Positions 25,507 through 38,927 of a stretch of DNA of 64,000 nucleotides are shown in pieces. The stretch's first letter is position 1. Each line of letters opens with the position of its first letter. Position numbers and translations under genes: made by a program. A model generated the notes under the pieces. It saw nothing but the letters and a program-made list of their open reading frames with translations. It ran no database searches and was not told where the DNA came from. Source of the DNA: Klebsormidium nitens (lineage: Eukaryota; Plantae; Klebsormidiophyceae). Where the stretch lies: positions 70,931 to 134,930 of the forward strand of contig DF237175.1 of NCBI GenBank assembly GCA_000708835.1, in the 5' to 3' direction.

Positions 25507-28500
25507 CGGGACTAGGTGCAATGAGTAATGGATCGAGAGGAGAAGGTGCTTATATCAGTTTCTTGGCCATCTGATATTCTTGATCTCTGCACAAGTAGGA
25601 CTAGGTGATTCCAATGAACAACTTTTCAAAAGCACGGCGGACATGGAATGGATGGGGCAGCTCATTGCCTTTGAGGGGGCTATGAGGTCCATGTTGTGAA
25701 CTGCGGATGCATGTTTTAAGAGTGGTACTTCGGTGGCAAACCACCAATCTATGTTATTTCGTTGGCAGCATTCCATTTGCTAGCTAGCTTAGCCGGCTCC
25801 ATGCAGTTCGATATACGGGCTTCATAATTAGGGGTTGCCTTTGGAGTTCCAGCATCCGACTAGTAGCCCCCGGTCCTTGCCAGCAAGGAGCTTTTAAGGC
25901 GTCCCGATGGGATGCAACCGTCTCAGTATAGTGCAGACATGCTTACTATGTTGGGGCACTGAAGCTACATCACGTGCGCCTGATGGACATAGCTTGACAA
26001 AGGAAGCATTGCAATAACATGCATGACCACGGAGATGCTTGACGTCGGCCATACCTCACAGTCCGAGCTGTTCTATATACTCACCACGCATGGTTTCCCT
26101 GATGATGTATTGTGATACTTGCCAATTGTTTCAAAAGGTCACGCGCTTGATCAGATTAGTAGACCGGGTCTGAACAAACCTGTAGAAGAAAATCAATGGT
26201 AGTATTCGAGTTCCGTCTAACACGCACTATAAATGGCCAGCATTTGGGTCCTTTTGACACGCGCTAAATCGGGCTAGCTAGCATTCAGGTCCCTTGTGCC
26301 ACTCGCAATGTCAAGCAAGCTTACAGTGTTGAACATCAAGATGTTTGTTAGACATTCGATGATGCACAACCAGTAGGATTACACCTTTCCTCTAAGCGAA
26401 GTCAATCATCTACGACCATTTCAATATAGTAGTCCAAGAAACAGAAGTACCCCGCCTCTTTTGCACCCCGCTCTTCCTCCTTGGTGATTGTGAGCCTGCA
26501 GCTTGAGCACACATAGGTTAAGAGGCATTCGCCTGAAAATAACCTTCTGAACACTGGAGTAAGCCGAATACGAATTGCGGCGGAAGCTCTTGAGAAAGCA
26601 GTGGACTCCCCAGGACTTCAGGAACAATCAGAAATAAAAGGGTACTACCTAGACGTTGTACGGTACGAAGAGCAATTTTGCACCAGCACAGATATTCATA
26701 CAACTCAATAACTGTATGACGCGAACGCGCACACAAACTCATGCGAAACCTGCTATTCAAAAGGGAAGAATCTCTGCTTTTTCCCCACACCCCATGCTAC
26801 GACAAGCACAATGCAGCTAAAATGGACCTGCTCGAGAACGAGCACACTTGCTGCTCACCTGACTGCAGACGCCTGTCGCAACAGATCAACATATTAAACA
26901 ATGCTTCATGTTAAGCAATGTATTTGACCAATATATTACAATGTATGTAAAACAGTTTGTGAGCGCTTACTCTTGTCCAGTGTAGTGTTTGAGATACTCC
27001 TCGTAGTCTTCCTGGCCCGAGAATCTTGACCCTTTTGGTGGGTGCTTTGGAAAGAGCTCCCGCGTGACGATGATGGTGCGCTTTTCTATGGCCAGAAGAG
27101 ACAAAGTGTTAACTCAGATCCTAATGTCCCCCGGGTGTCCCCCTTCCTGCAGGCGCTTATGAGAAGTAATGCAACCAAGGGAAAAACCTCTTACACCAAT
27201 GGCCTGACAGAAAACAGTCCCGCCAACAAACCTGTCCCACCAGCATCCATGTGCTCCGCCGTGCCAGTACTAATACAAGTTTGATCAGAAGCCGAGCTTT
27301 AGAGAGAAAAACAGTGAGCTTTGATCAAACAACTTCGATAGAATGGAGAAGAGCTCAGGCCCCGCGCCGCTGGAAGCGCAATTGATAAGGCAGGCCCGGC
27401 CCCCTATAAAGCTGTCCGGTCACGGTCACTAGCGCGACGTCAGTGGCCGGGCGCGCAAGCGGCCGCCGCAGGCCGATACGGCGGAGGGTTTGCAGGGTTT
27501 GGGCCGCGGCGCGCAGCAGCCGCGCCGCGCCGCGCGGATCGGATATAGAGCTAGGAGCTACATGCAGCTAGCTAGTACGTAGTCACCTAGGACAGGTAGA
27601 TCGCCACAATTGGGAGATCGGTCTTAGTAGGCTGCATGACACGATGTTTTTGTTGCACGGCCGGCGCGATTTGAACAAGCGTAATTTTAACAGCAAGCAT
27701 AACACTCACAATGCGTTACATTGCAGACTGCCCCGGCCCGGCCTTCCAATGTTGAATATAAAGCCATATAAGCATATATCCAAAGGTTCGATTTTCCCAA
27801 GTGCTCTGCCTGGGTCCTGCAAGTGGTGCCATGGATGCTGCATGATTTACATTGAATCTCTGCGGATTGGCAGGCTCGATCACATTCTGAGGATTAACTT
27901 AAACTTTGGGCGGCAATTGTCTTGATCCCTGGATAAGTCTACTTCATGGAAGTCTCTATCCAAAATCGTGATCAATCTCGATCCCATTGGTCAAATCATT
28001 GTGACCATTGAATATATTACTTAGTTGGATTGAGAACACCGATTCCTATTGAAGCAGAGCTAGAGACGAGCATAGTGCGCAAAAAAGTAAATCACCCCGA
28101 CGATTTCTAGTGAAGCGGAAATCGCTGTTCCCACTGTCTCCAATGATGCAAGTGAGCTATTCAGGCTCACATGTGTTCTTGTCCCTGCTTGATTATACGC
28201 AGTTAAGTTTGCCCGTTGCCAGGCTGTTGAAACTTGCATTGCAACGGCTGATTGCATGAACTTCGATACGACTGCCGTCCACAAAGTGCAGATCGACGTG
28301 CATAATCCCGCATGCGAAGGATACTTCATGCAGAGGCGTCAGGCGTTATTATTTTGAAACCTGCTCTCACAAGAGGATAACTCCTGACGGTAGACATTTC
28401 TTACGAGAACGCGAACAGTGCCTTGGCGGGCCAACAATTAGATTGACGACAAGGAGAAACAACAATCAGTGAGCCGTTCACTCCCCCCAGCAAAGTGGAT

Positions 28501-28702
28501 TTGAGCCTGTTACTACAACAACGACCATGGTCCGCGTCCAGATGTTAGCCTCCACAATGCATTTCGCACCTACAGATTTCAACCTGTACAGAAGCTTGCA
28601 CATACAAGAAATTTGAACAAGCCTAGCCGTTTTGGATCAGTAAGCAGTCATATCGCGGAACTGTTCCCAGTATGCAGTTCGACCCGGAGAAGACATACAC
28701 TC

Positions 28703-31700
28703 TCAAAGGACCGGCGGTTTGGCTTTCGGCTTGACCTCCGCATCTTGTACCGAGCGGATGAAGACGGCGTCATGTGGGTGGCTGCAAAGAAACAACACGG
28801 GTTAACGAGGGCCATGAAAGATTCGCCTACAAAGCTTTGAAGAACTTGAGCAATGGCGATGGGCTGCAAGCAAATAATGGGGAGTCCTGAGTCTCTCTGT
28901 CTCGATGGCAGGCAACCTTTGAGTGCATCCCTGCTTTAAATCTACAACCAGAGGCGGCTAGCTTGGATTCTTTTCCGCTTTTGTAACCCACTATTCAGCT
29001 ACTCAAAACCAAAGCGATACGTTTGAGAAGGACGGCCCATGCGCACTTAATCCTTCAGGAAATTTCCGTCCTATGCCGTCAAGAATGCGCTATTTCCGTC
29101 GTCGGCTCGACCTTTCTGTGTTTCTATCTTGCCGTGTCGCCTACTATCGAGCACGTCCACGGCTGGAGAAAAGACGTCTACGAAAAGACGCAGAAACTTC
29201 ACAGAATACCTGCCACATGCTGGCGGGCCGAACCTCTCCTCGGCGATGTTTTGATTGCCCTGTGCGCGAATCCTCAGGCCGCTAGCCCAAGTAGCGCAGA
29301 GAAAGAGTTGGTAAGCCCACAAAAAGAGTCGGTAGCGCAGAGAAAGAATCGCAGGAGTCGACACTCACTCTTTGTTGCCGTCCTCGTAGTTGTAGCTGGC
29401 GGCCACGGCGAGCAGCCGGCCGTCGGGGCTGAAGGAGAGGGAGGAGACGCCCGTCGGGTACTGAGTGTACTGCACAGCGCAGAAAGGGAGCGGTTGAGAG
29501 AGAGGCACGAAAGCAAGCAACGCTGAGAGCGCGCATGAGTATCGAAGGAAATGGAGGAGACGCCCGTCGGGTATAGGGTGTACTGCACAACGCAGAAAGG
29601 GAGCGCTTGAGACAGAGGCACCAAAGCATGGAACGCTGAGAGCGCGCAAGAGTATGAATACTGGGTGTACTGCACAGCGCAGAGTCAAAATCTCAAAACC
29701 CTTCCAAAGTGACAAAATAAACAGGCCTCGGCCCCACAACTCAGGAAGGACGACATGGAATCAGCGGCGTTCTGAGACATACACAAGTGGGCAATTTCCG
29801 GACGTCCACTGGCTAAATCATCATGATCTAGTCCCGTAACATCCACGAGTGGACCACGCTGCCACTGCCGTGCACGCTTCCGAGCAACCAAGCTTCAATG
29901 CTGAACGGCAAATCTCTTTCTCGTACATGATCGTTTACTTTCGTCGGCTAAGGACGCCTTCTTCTTGTCCCTGTCCTCAACAAACCGCACAGTGTCGCCA
30001 AGATCAAAAGAGGAAGTCCACGCACTCTCCGGCCTTCTCTTTTCGCATCACACTTGGAAAGCACACGACGCCAAGCTTACGATGGACAACGGATACCCAC
30101 AGTTGGACCCCTTTTGCTCTCGTCGCTTCTGCTGAAAGGGTGTGTCTCCTTTCCGTCAAGATAAGGACGTTGTTTAGCGGCAACGTTCGATCTGGAAAAT
30201 CTCGCAGGTGGACTCATCAATTTCACTGATCAAAGGACCCTCGGAGTTGCACTTTGAGAAGCCTGACCGCACACCAGACCAAAACCTTCCCGATTCCCTC
30301 ACCTGATATAGCCGCTTTTTGTTGTCTCCATCCCAAATGTTCACAAACCCGTCCGAACCCCCCGTCGCAAACGTGCCGTGCACCGGGTGATAGGCGATGG
30401 CGTTCACGGGGTATATGATATCCTTCCCGTCCTGCGTTTGCCGGTGGCATTTGAACGCGTACTTTTTGGACTGCCACGCCTCCGACGTATCGAAATATTC
30501 CATCGCGACCCGGCCTTCGATTGAGCTCAGGGCATACCCTGCACGAGAATGTCTGCGGTCAATGCTTTTCCTTTTACAACGGGAGTGCTTCGAATATCCT
30601 TCCTTTTCCTACGCTTCGGTCTGGAAAAAGTTATGTCTCCTCGCAGGCGTTGCTGATGTTTCAGGGCATGACCTGTCGGAGACATCAAGCAGAGAACGAA
30701 GAAGAGTAATGACACGAGGAAGGCGAGTTGGAAGCAGAGGAAGCTGGATCGCCGTGGGCCTGCCACTTACGTACGAGAACAGGAACTGTGCACCGCAGCA
30801 TATCTGGTCGAGCTTTCAGTCGAACAGATAGATAGTCCAAAAGTCAGCTAAACTAATCTAGAAACGGATCACCGCACCCCGAAGCTCCAAGTTACAAAAC
30901 AGCTCAGAAATGCATAAGATCTTTGGCCTTATAAACTGTGCTCGAATCATTGCTCGAATCACCATTGCATGATCCTTATTAGAGACGATCATGGCTTATT
31001 CCCGCTCCTAGCTCATTCCGCTATGAAAGAAATGCGGCACGGCAAGGCCGAGGCTGCCCTTCAGTCCAGCACACACACAACTCAAGAACAGCTCAGACGG
31101 TCAAGCTACTTGCGGCCGGAATGGCCAGAATCGGCATGAATCTGCAAGAAACCCGCAAAAGACGAATATGGTGGCCGGAGTTTCCGAAAGTACGGATATC
31201 CTGTTTCCGTAAAAACATTGTCATCGTAAGGCGGCTCCTAACCTGTTCCATTGGGGTAGCAGCGCACGCAGCGCGTCTGGTACTTGAGGCTGCTCTCGCG
31301 TGTCTGCTCCGGTTGGCCCATATTCCGCAGGTCGAACAGCACCACGTGGCGGCCCGCGCACGCAACCACCAATCGGTGCCCAACCAGCGACATCGAGTAG
31401 ACCCGGTCAGGAACCTGGTTAGCAGAAACGAAAACAGGTGAGCAAGGTTCAAGTTCCACTAGCACATTGAGATATTGGGTTTACTATTGACACGGACCAA
31501 AGGAGAAGCATGCGGGCGTCCCGACCAGTATTGATAATAACGGGTTGAGGCTCTGGGTCAACTTCTGGGTAAGCTGACGACCTGATTGATGAATCAAAAC
31601 GAACTGCGTTACAGAAACACTCCCGAGGGACACACGTACCAGCATTAGCGAAGGAAGTTGGAAGCTGTAGATTCTACTTCACCAGCCACATTTAAGCAAT

Positions 31701-33567
31701 CATTCTGGCCGCCTCTAAAACTACTAAGGGTTTGGGGAAAAGTTCGGGCGGACAAAGTACAAGAGTCTCAGGTTTGAAGAAGGGTTCGGGGGCTCTCAGG
31801 TCTTAAGCCCACCAACCTCCGCTCTCTAGACTGTCGCAAATTCAGGCTACCTTAGAACACTTGTAAATGATCTGCAGTCTGTGTATTCGAAGGTTGACTG
31901 CATTCTGGAGAATGACTCACCTGGTATAGACCAACCGCTCTTTGGCCCCCAGGAGGCGCCCGGGGGTCCCACGTTCGGACGGTCTTGTCCCAGCTGCCGG
32001 ACACGACTTGTCCGGTCGCTTGCGAGTACTCCACACATCGCACCGGGAGGTCGTGAGCCCCCAGGTTGTCTTCCACACCTCGGACAAAGTCAAACCTGAG
32101 GAGGAAGCAAAGAGGTGTTTCTGTTGATACTTGACAGCTGTCCTCTTACCCCAATTGTGAAGATGGTCAATGTCGGTTAAGAGAAACCCAACTTGGTCTG
32201 GTCTTTCGATTTTCACAGCACAAATTTCAAAACGGGATAAAAAGAATAACCATATGTCACGTCTGTAGTCCACCTTGTCGCACCAGGGGATGATCACTGA
32301 TGCCATCAACCAAAGAGTCGCAATCAGGATGTTGTGCTGGCTGACGAGGAGAGACACTTCTGACTTAGGAAAAGGTCAGCCAGAGACGCTTTTACGGTAA
32401 GCACCCTTCTCAAATGTTCAACAGAATTGATTCCAGAAAAAGGCCAGCAGATTTCGAACGGTTGGCCTTAGTTGACGGGTGCGGTAAACCATGATGAAAA
32501 CAAAACCCAAACACCCTCCAAGGAAGTCTACAGTCCTTGGGACCCAAAAAGACAACACCGGTCCGGGACAAGGTGAGAGCGCCGTCATAAGCTCTCCTTC
32601 ACAATCGCTTCTGAGGTCAGGAGCTCACCGCTTGACTACTTTATCGAGACCTCCGCTAAAAGCGGCCCCCTCATCTTGGAAGGCGCAGTCTAGGACGGGG
32701 CCTCGATGGCGGTACTTCCCTTTGAGCACATTCAGGTCTGCATCATAGAGCCTGACGTACTGCAGAAAGAAGATCATATCATCACATGTTGTGCGAAACC
32801 ACGATGAGTCCACTTCAAATGAGACAGAGGGTTTTTCTGCAGCTGGGGCAGGCGAACAGACGAGAGTAGCGCTCCTTCACAAGCTGTACTTCGGCTGCCT
32901 GGCTGACGCCCTGGTCTTGGGGGCTCCTGTAAACATACATCACCAGATTGCAACAGAATGTGAAGTGAACACTTGGTAAAAAAAGAAGGTTACCCAAGGT
33001 TAACTTACCAGACCCAGTGTCAGTCTGAAAACCGCAGCTTGCAACAGGCCACATTATCCAAAGTCAAGGTTAACTTACCAGACCCAGTGTCAGTCTGAAA
33101 ACCGCAGCTTGCAACAGGCCACATTATCCAAAGTCAACGGGAAACAGGCCGAGCGCAAAATGCAAGCTGAGTGTCAGAAAGCTGCTGGGTGAAAGCGTGT
33201 AGCATCCGTCAAAGAACAAAGATGGGGTTGTTGGAGCGCCAGGTCATACGCTTCCACGATCTTCTAGAAGATAAATGAGCAAGGCTTGTTGACAGTCAAC
33301 AACGGAATTTTAAATTTTTGGCCAGCTTGGGATTCGGACAATAGACCCTCTTCAGGGAACATCTGCACCAGGACAGCAGCAAAACAACTGAGCAGCTGTT
33401 GCGCCTCTTCAGCAACAACACCTCTCAAACGGGTCTCTGGATGAAGAGCTTACAGAGTCCCAGGACGAGACCAGCAGGCTGTTTGAGGTCGTTGAGAAAG
33501 AGACGTTGGAGATGCCGTCGGTAGGACCCCCTGGGAGCTCTCTACCGACCACCGGGCCCGCTTGCAT
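28703..33567 (-). CDS. BUB3: Mitotic checkpoint WD40 protein BUB3 (7 exons)
   Basis: ATG 33567 [22 protein letters not shown]...LLVSSWDS|YVRLYDA...|[20 protein letters not shown]|[16 protein letters not shown]...KKYAFKCHR...[37 protein letters not shown]|[26 protein letters not shown]...|[20 protein letters not shown] (stop 28703). Confidence 0.95.
29369..29690 (-). repeat. Triplicated intron-3'-end/exon-start junction in BUB3
   Basis: tctgcg(c/t)tgtgcag|TACAC occurs three times, with exon-start positions 29669, 29582 and 29469. The middle copy also repeats TACCCGACGGGCGTCTCCTCC. Confidence 0.85.
32995..33137. repeat. Perfect 70-bp tandem duplication in BUB3 intron 1
   Basis: caaggttaacttaccagacccagtgtcagtctgaaaaccgcagcttgcaacaggccacattatccaaagt starts at both 32995 and 33065. 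Confidence 0.9.
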
Positions 33568-34870
33568 CGCGGGAAAATATCAGACTGCCAAAACTGTTGT
33601 AACCAGTCCTCCGCAACTACAGACTAATCTCAGCTTGCAGATGCCCAACAGCCAATTGCTGGCCGGACGCTCCCTCTATTCCAGAGGCGTATTTCTCTAT
33701 CCTAAACCGCGAAATCAATACAGATGCGACAAATTTTTCATATAAGGACTGCGAGTCGCCGTATATACCAATGGACTGCGATCGGAAGTACCTTCGGCAA
33801 GGTAAAGCAGAGAAACAAAACCTGACAAGGCAAACGATCAGGGCGATCCTGCAGAGGACTCCCAATGGCGCTCCCCTTGTCCCCAGGTGGCCTAGACCTA
33901 CACAGAAGAGGTCCGGTTCTAACAAAGCCTGTCTTACAAGTACAGTGTACTTAATACAAGGCAAATTTTATGTATGAGCACACGGTGGAAATGGGTTAAC
34001 CTGGGTATAGGCGGGTTAGTCCTGACGGTTTGAACCGGTTTCTTACCGAGACCTCATAACCGGCCAATACACCCAGGTCAAAGGTACACAACGCAACATG
34101 AACGGCTGCTTGACAACGGTAGCGATATTGGGGTTACAGCAACGCATTGGGAGGATTGGGTCAAAGTGCATGACACAATCCGCGAGCCCCTCCTATCGAC
34201 TTTTCAAATGACGAGGCGCCAGTTGCCTTGCAGCCGTCAGATTAGCCCGATGAACCCTTCCGCCGCATGGCACGATCGACGGTCGAGACTGCCCGGTTCT
34301 CGCACCCTTCCATTGGGATATAGGTAGGTACTGGCAAGCAGATTTGAAGGCCGACCAGTGCTCTACCGTACCCTCTGTCGTTGCTGCTCGGCCACAAAAT
34401 GCATGCCAAAATTCTGCGTACGGTAATTTGATCAGTGAACGGAAACGTCTCTTTCTCTCAGCTCGAATGCAGGCTGGAGCTTGGGTATGCAACATGTTGT
34501 CCCGGTTGTACCAATGGAGAAACGACATGGTATGTCTAGAATCGATCGGACTTATAGTTTTGTTGCGTATGCAGTAAATCCAGTATCTAAAGCTCCATAG
34601 CCGCAAGGAGCTCATGTCAAACATGCCACACGGCCTGAGGCCGTCGTTGTGTCTAGCTCCGGTTAAGCTTCCTGGTCCGTTGAGTATTGCCGCCATTTGT
34701 GTATCTTATTGAACAACTTGATGTTTGGAACGCTCGCCTGGAGTCTAGATTGGAACGCTCACTCTGTCATTGGGCTTCAAGAACCAATCAGGAACATCAC
34801 GAGTTGATGCATCGAGCTTGCAAAGCCAGTTGCAGCTCCGGTATACGGATGTCACCTTGATACGGCCTGC

Positions 34871-36807
34871 TCAATCTGATGGCAAGAGAGGTCTTTGGCA
34901 AATATCGACGGCCCTGAGATCATCAGCGAGCCGGTACGGCTTCTTACCGACACCATTTTCTATGCTAGCATCAGCTCCTGCCCCTAGCAACTGTTCTACA
35001 ACAGCCACATGGTTGCCTCGAGCTGCGTGATGGAGAGGCTGCAATAACGAAGTGAGTAAACAGTCAGGAACCAGCGTTAGTACCGTTTTGATGCACCACA
35101 GAACAGAATATATGAACTGATGCCCACAAGGTAATAGTCTTGATGTGCTCAACGGGGCTGCCACGCCGCCAGTGCGGTTGTTGCTTGCACTCGTGCCACC
35201 CCTTCGTTCAAATCGTTTGGCTTAACAAGAAGACTCTCGAGGGGTTTCCGAACCAACCGGTCCACTTTGATCAACTGCAGCTATACAAAACGAGCTCAGG
35301 AAAGCTTTGGCTTGTCAACCAGGAGAAGGAGACAAAGTCGAGTATCCAATTACATCAAGCTTTGTCCAAAGCTTCCTTCATGTCACTCTATGATTCTGCT
35401 TTGCTCGCTTTTCTCGTTTATGTCGGCTGAAACATATCACCAGCCTGGACAAGTCGGAGCTCGGTTTACAAAAACAGGAAAGAGTTCTAGAGAACAACAG
35501 CGAAAGACAAGTTGGTGCTCAACTTTGATGGACAGGACGCAAAGATAGGAAAAGCGTACCGTATCACCGTCGATGTCGGATGCTTTCAGCAATTCTTCTA
35601 TGCATCCCTGTTGTTCAGCAGCGTTCAGGAGTAGTGTCACGCAATCCGTAAAGCCGCTAGCAGCAGCGTCGTGGAGAGGAACGGCACCGTCCTCATCTCG
35701 AGCCAGAACAGATGCCCCCTTCGACAGGAGAACCTTCAATCACCAATAGAGAGGCCAAATTAAGCTCAACGCCAACAAGGCTTGAATGAAAACAAAACGA
35801 GAACAGCACTTTGTGAGGAAGTTTGGCCGGTTCTCTCAACCTCAAGTATGGGGAGTGGAGAGTCAAGGTTTGTGGTCGCTGCAAAAAGAGATACTCAGGG
35901 CACCACTCAATGCTCAATGATATCGTGCAAAGAGGCAATCTGCACGGGGTCCCTAAGGGGCAATAATCAAAAGACAACTTTTGAAGGCAGGCTCCAAAAA
36001 CTGCCAGAACCTTGACAAGGAAGGTGCGAACCCCTCGTAATGCTTCCAACTCTAAGGCCTGCTCCAAAGTCTTGGCTATCTACGAGTTATGCCTTCGCCG
36101 ACCCAAACAGGACTATACACAGGCGGTGTAATTCGTAAAGACGGGCTTCTCAGCAACATTGTCCAGGCCTGTATCAGAGAGGTAAATCACGCACCTCTAC
36201 ACACTGGGCATGCCCATGCAGAGCAGCAAGATGAAGGGCAGTATCACCATCATCGGCACGACTGTTGATGCTCACTGTCAGACTTCCTGCCATTGAAGGG
36301 ATCGGTTTTAAGATGCCCCCTAGGGACGCAAAGGCAAATGAGTGGCAACTCTCGTTCGAGTGCTGTGGGGCACACCAGATATCCTTCAACATGTCACGCA
36401 TCATGTGCTGAGTTTAGCAGTAGAATCCTGATTGTGAATTGTCTCTTACAAAGTCTGAACGTCTGAAGCAACATTCTGAAACAAGCTTCTCAACCTATCT
36501 CACCCCAGCAGCATGTGCACGATCTACGATGGTGCATTTCAAACTGGTGTCTGAATACTGAACAGTGAGAAAACAACCAAATGCTGCAGATCCTGTCCAA
36601 CAAAGCATCCTCAGCATTGGGTGCCAATTCCTCACTCATGGCCTCTTCGAGAGCCTCCACATTTCCAGACTCTGCTGCATCAGCGACCATCTGGAGGTCT
36701 TCTGGCACCTCCGCAGGTGCCTCCTCCACTGTCACCCAAGAAACCTCCGGCTCTTCATCTCCATTGAGGCCCGAGCGGCGCGGGGCATGCTCCGGAACGC
36801 CAGGCAT
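34871..36807 (-). CDS. Ankyrin-repeat protein (4 exons)
   Basis: ATG 36807. Exons encode DAAESGNVEALEE, INSRADDGDTALHLAALHGHAQCVE, VLLSKGASVLARDEDGAVPLHDAAASGFTDCVTLLL and PLHHAARGNHVAVVEQLLGAGAD; stop 34871. Confidence 0.9.
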
Positions 36808-37596
36808 GCTCAAGCTGTCAGATGCTCAGAGGCCAATCCTCAGGAGCTGTGCTGGCCCTAAGTCTGAGGCCCACGTCCAACGTATGAGAAGCAGAGCAAG
36901 CAAATAAGGCGCTGTTGCATCTGAACTTGGAAGACTTGAAGTTGAAGTTACTCCTTTGGCTTTGCTTCACCACCACACACCACCATGCAGCATCATGTTG
37001 CTTCAGACATGGTGACCCTCGCCCCGCCGGTTTAATACCTCTTGTTAGGGGCCCCGTTACATAAACTTATACCTCTTGTTAGGGGCTCCGAAAGGTTGGA
37101 TTACCGGTACAGGCTACAGAAGTTTCGGAGCAAGCCTTGTTAAAGGCAATCCACCAGAGGCAAATTGCGGGCCTGAAAACCGGGTTTGCGTTGATTGGGT
37201 TGTGGGTTACTTTCTCGGGTCACAAATCGGGTTCAGCCTGCAGGCAACCTAGTAGTAGTAGTAGTAGTAGACGACGAGTGCATTGTGCAGCTTGATTCAT
37301 GCAGCAACTTCAAGCTTTCGAACGTGCCAATTCCTTCCCTGAAGGCTTCAGGGCACTCTCTTTTGGTGGAGGCAATCAACCGCTGTCATGGTTTCTCTTG
37401 TTGACATCATCTACATCACCTTAATCGTTTGCAGCCATGATTCGCACTTGATGTATCGCTAGGTCTGCCAACCGTAGCACTTTTTGGGAGCGATTGTGGG
37501 CAATCAAACTGTGCGGTTTGAGCCCAGTCCAGATTGGGCAAGTTGGCGTAGCAGACCATCTGCAAAGTCATTGTTGAACCCAGGAGTCAGGCAGCT

Positions 37597-38927
37597 ATGC
37601 AGCAAACCAAAGGGGCAGAGGAGAAGGGACCTGCAGAGCTGCCTAGGCCACAGAGCGGATCCGGAGCTACCACCGGTGCTAGCAAGACGCAAGAGCCATT
37701 CTTGGGCGTGAAGGTTCGCCGTAGGTCTAGTCTGAACAAGGTCTTCCAGGGAGACTATTTGGAACTGAATGGCAACGCAACTGTCCTGAAGTTGCTTTCA
37801 AAACATGGTAAGCTTTTGCTGCTATTTCGGCTCTTGTACTGTGAAGCCAAGCCAGATCTAGGGGCATTGTGGCGCAATCTGCAGTGCACCTGATTCCCGC
37901 CATTGGATCTCTGAGGCTATGATGGTCACACGGCACTTATTCCTTACTACATTCGTTCTGAGCAACTTTTTGATTCGTGCCGCTAGTGTTCCCAGGACAC
38001 GTTGCAAGGAACATTTCTTTTTGCTGTGCAAAGCTCTGGACTGGAAATAGACAGAAAGCCAACCGCAAAACAGAACCTTGAGGCCAGGAGATGCACCTCA
38101 ATGAGAAAATTCGCCCTGTCTGACGATCCAGCAAAACTCGTCTTTTTCAAGGCCCTTTAGGTTCAAGAGGGGTCACCTGCAGCGTGGCGAGGTGTCCAAT
38201 TGAGCTGCACTTTCAGTCGGCAGGAATGTCCATTCTGGCACCTTACAATCGCTATCCTGTGATCACAGGCCACAAGCCCCTGTCAGTGCGTCCCCAATCA
38301 AATAAATTCCCCGTGTTCTCAAATCTTTCATTGTCATGCACACCAATCTTTCCGTTCCTCCCTGCAGGCGACAAGGCGGTGCTCTTCGCTGATACCGTCA
38401 TCAAAGTCGACCGCAAATTTCGGATGCAGAAGCGCCTTATTTTGATTACGGATGTGGCACTGTACATCCTCGAGACGGACAGTTTCCGTGTGAAGAGGCG
38501 CATCAGCCTGGACACGCTGGAGTCCCTCCGCCTGAGCGAGCTGAATGACAACTTCTTTGCGGTCATCATCCCTGCGGAGTACGACTATCTGCTGGCAAGC
38601 ACACGCAAGACGGAGATTGTGACTGTGCTGCTGGAGGCCACCAGGAAGCTGACGGGGCGCAACGTTTCTGTAAAATTTGGAAATAGGTGAGGGGCTGCCC
38701 CGATTAGAACCTCAATGTTTTGGCTTGTAGAGTAGCAACTTAGCTTGGCAGCTAACTCTGTCTCCCTGTGTGGACTTTCTGATTGTCAAACAAGCCTATT
38801 GTGGTCCAAGCATTTCCAGTATTGCTTCACGGCTTGGTAGCTTTTGACAACACTGTCCCTGTGCAGTTTTGAGTACAACATCGACTCAGAAACGGTGCGT
38901 CAAGTCGTCTTCAAGCAAGTGGATGGT
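37597..38927 (+). CDS. Stand-alone class-I myosin tail homology 1 (TH1) domain protein; last exon unresolved
   Basis: KVRRRSSLNKVFQGDYLEL...|DKAVLFADTVIKVDRKFRMQKRLILITDVALYIL...RRISLDTLESLRLSELNDNFFAVIIPAEYDYLLASTRKTEIVTVL...|SFEYN matches the Myosin_TH1 pattern. No motor domain upstream. Confidence 0.8.

Noticed and set aside
24529-25521. 330-aa minus-strand ORF
   Set aside because: It is the antisense shadow of the GC-rich, repetitive last exon of the HUA1-like gene.
26972-27090. Protein-like minus-strand segment KRTIIVTRELFPKHPPKGSRFSGQEDYEEYLKHYTGQ ending at a GTAAG donor
   Set aside because: It could be a real exon, but I could not link it to other exons or to a family.
27500-27600. 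GC hairpin (GCGGCGCG/CGCGCCGC) followed by CTAG, like a Helitron 3' end
   Set aside because: The spacing to CTAG is atypical, the first CTAG is followed by G, and no 5' TC end or Rep/helicase remnant was identified.
37251-37270. (AGT)n run resembling Polinton termini
   Set aside because: It is a simple microsatellite far from the viral block, with no TIR partner.
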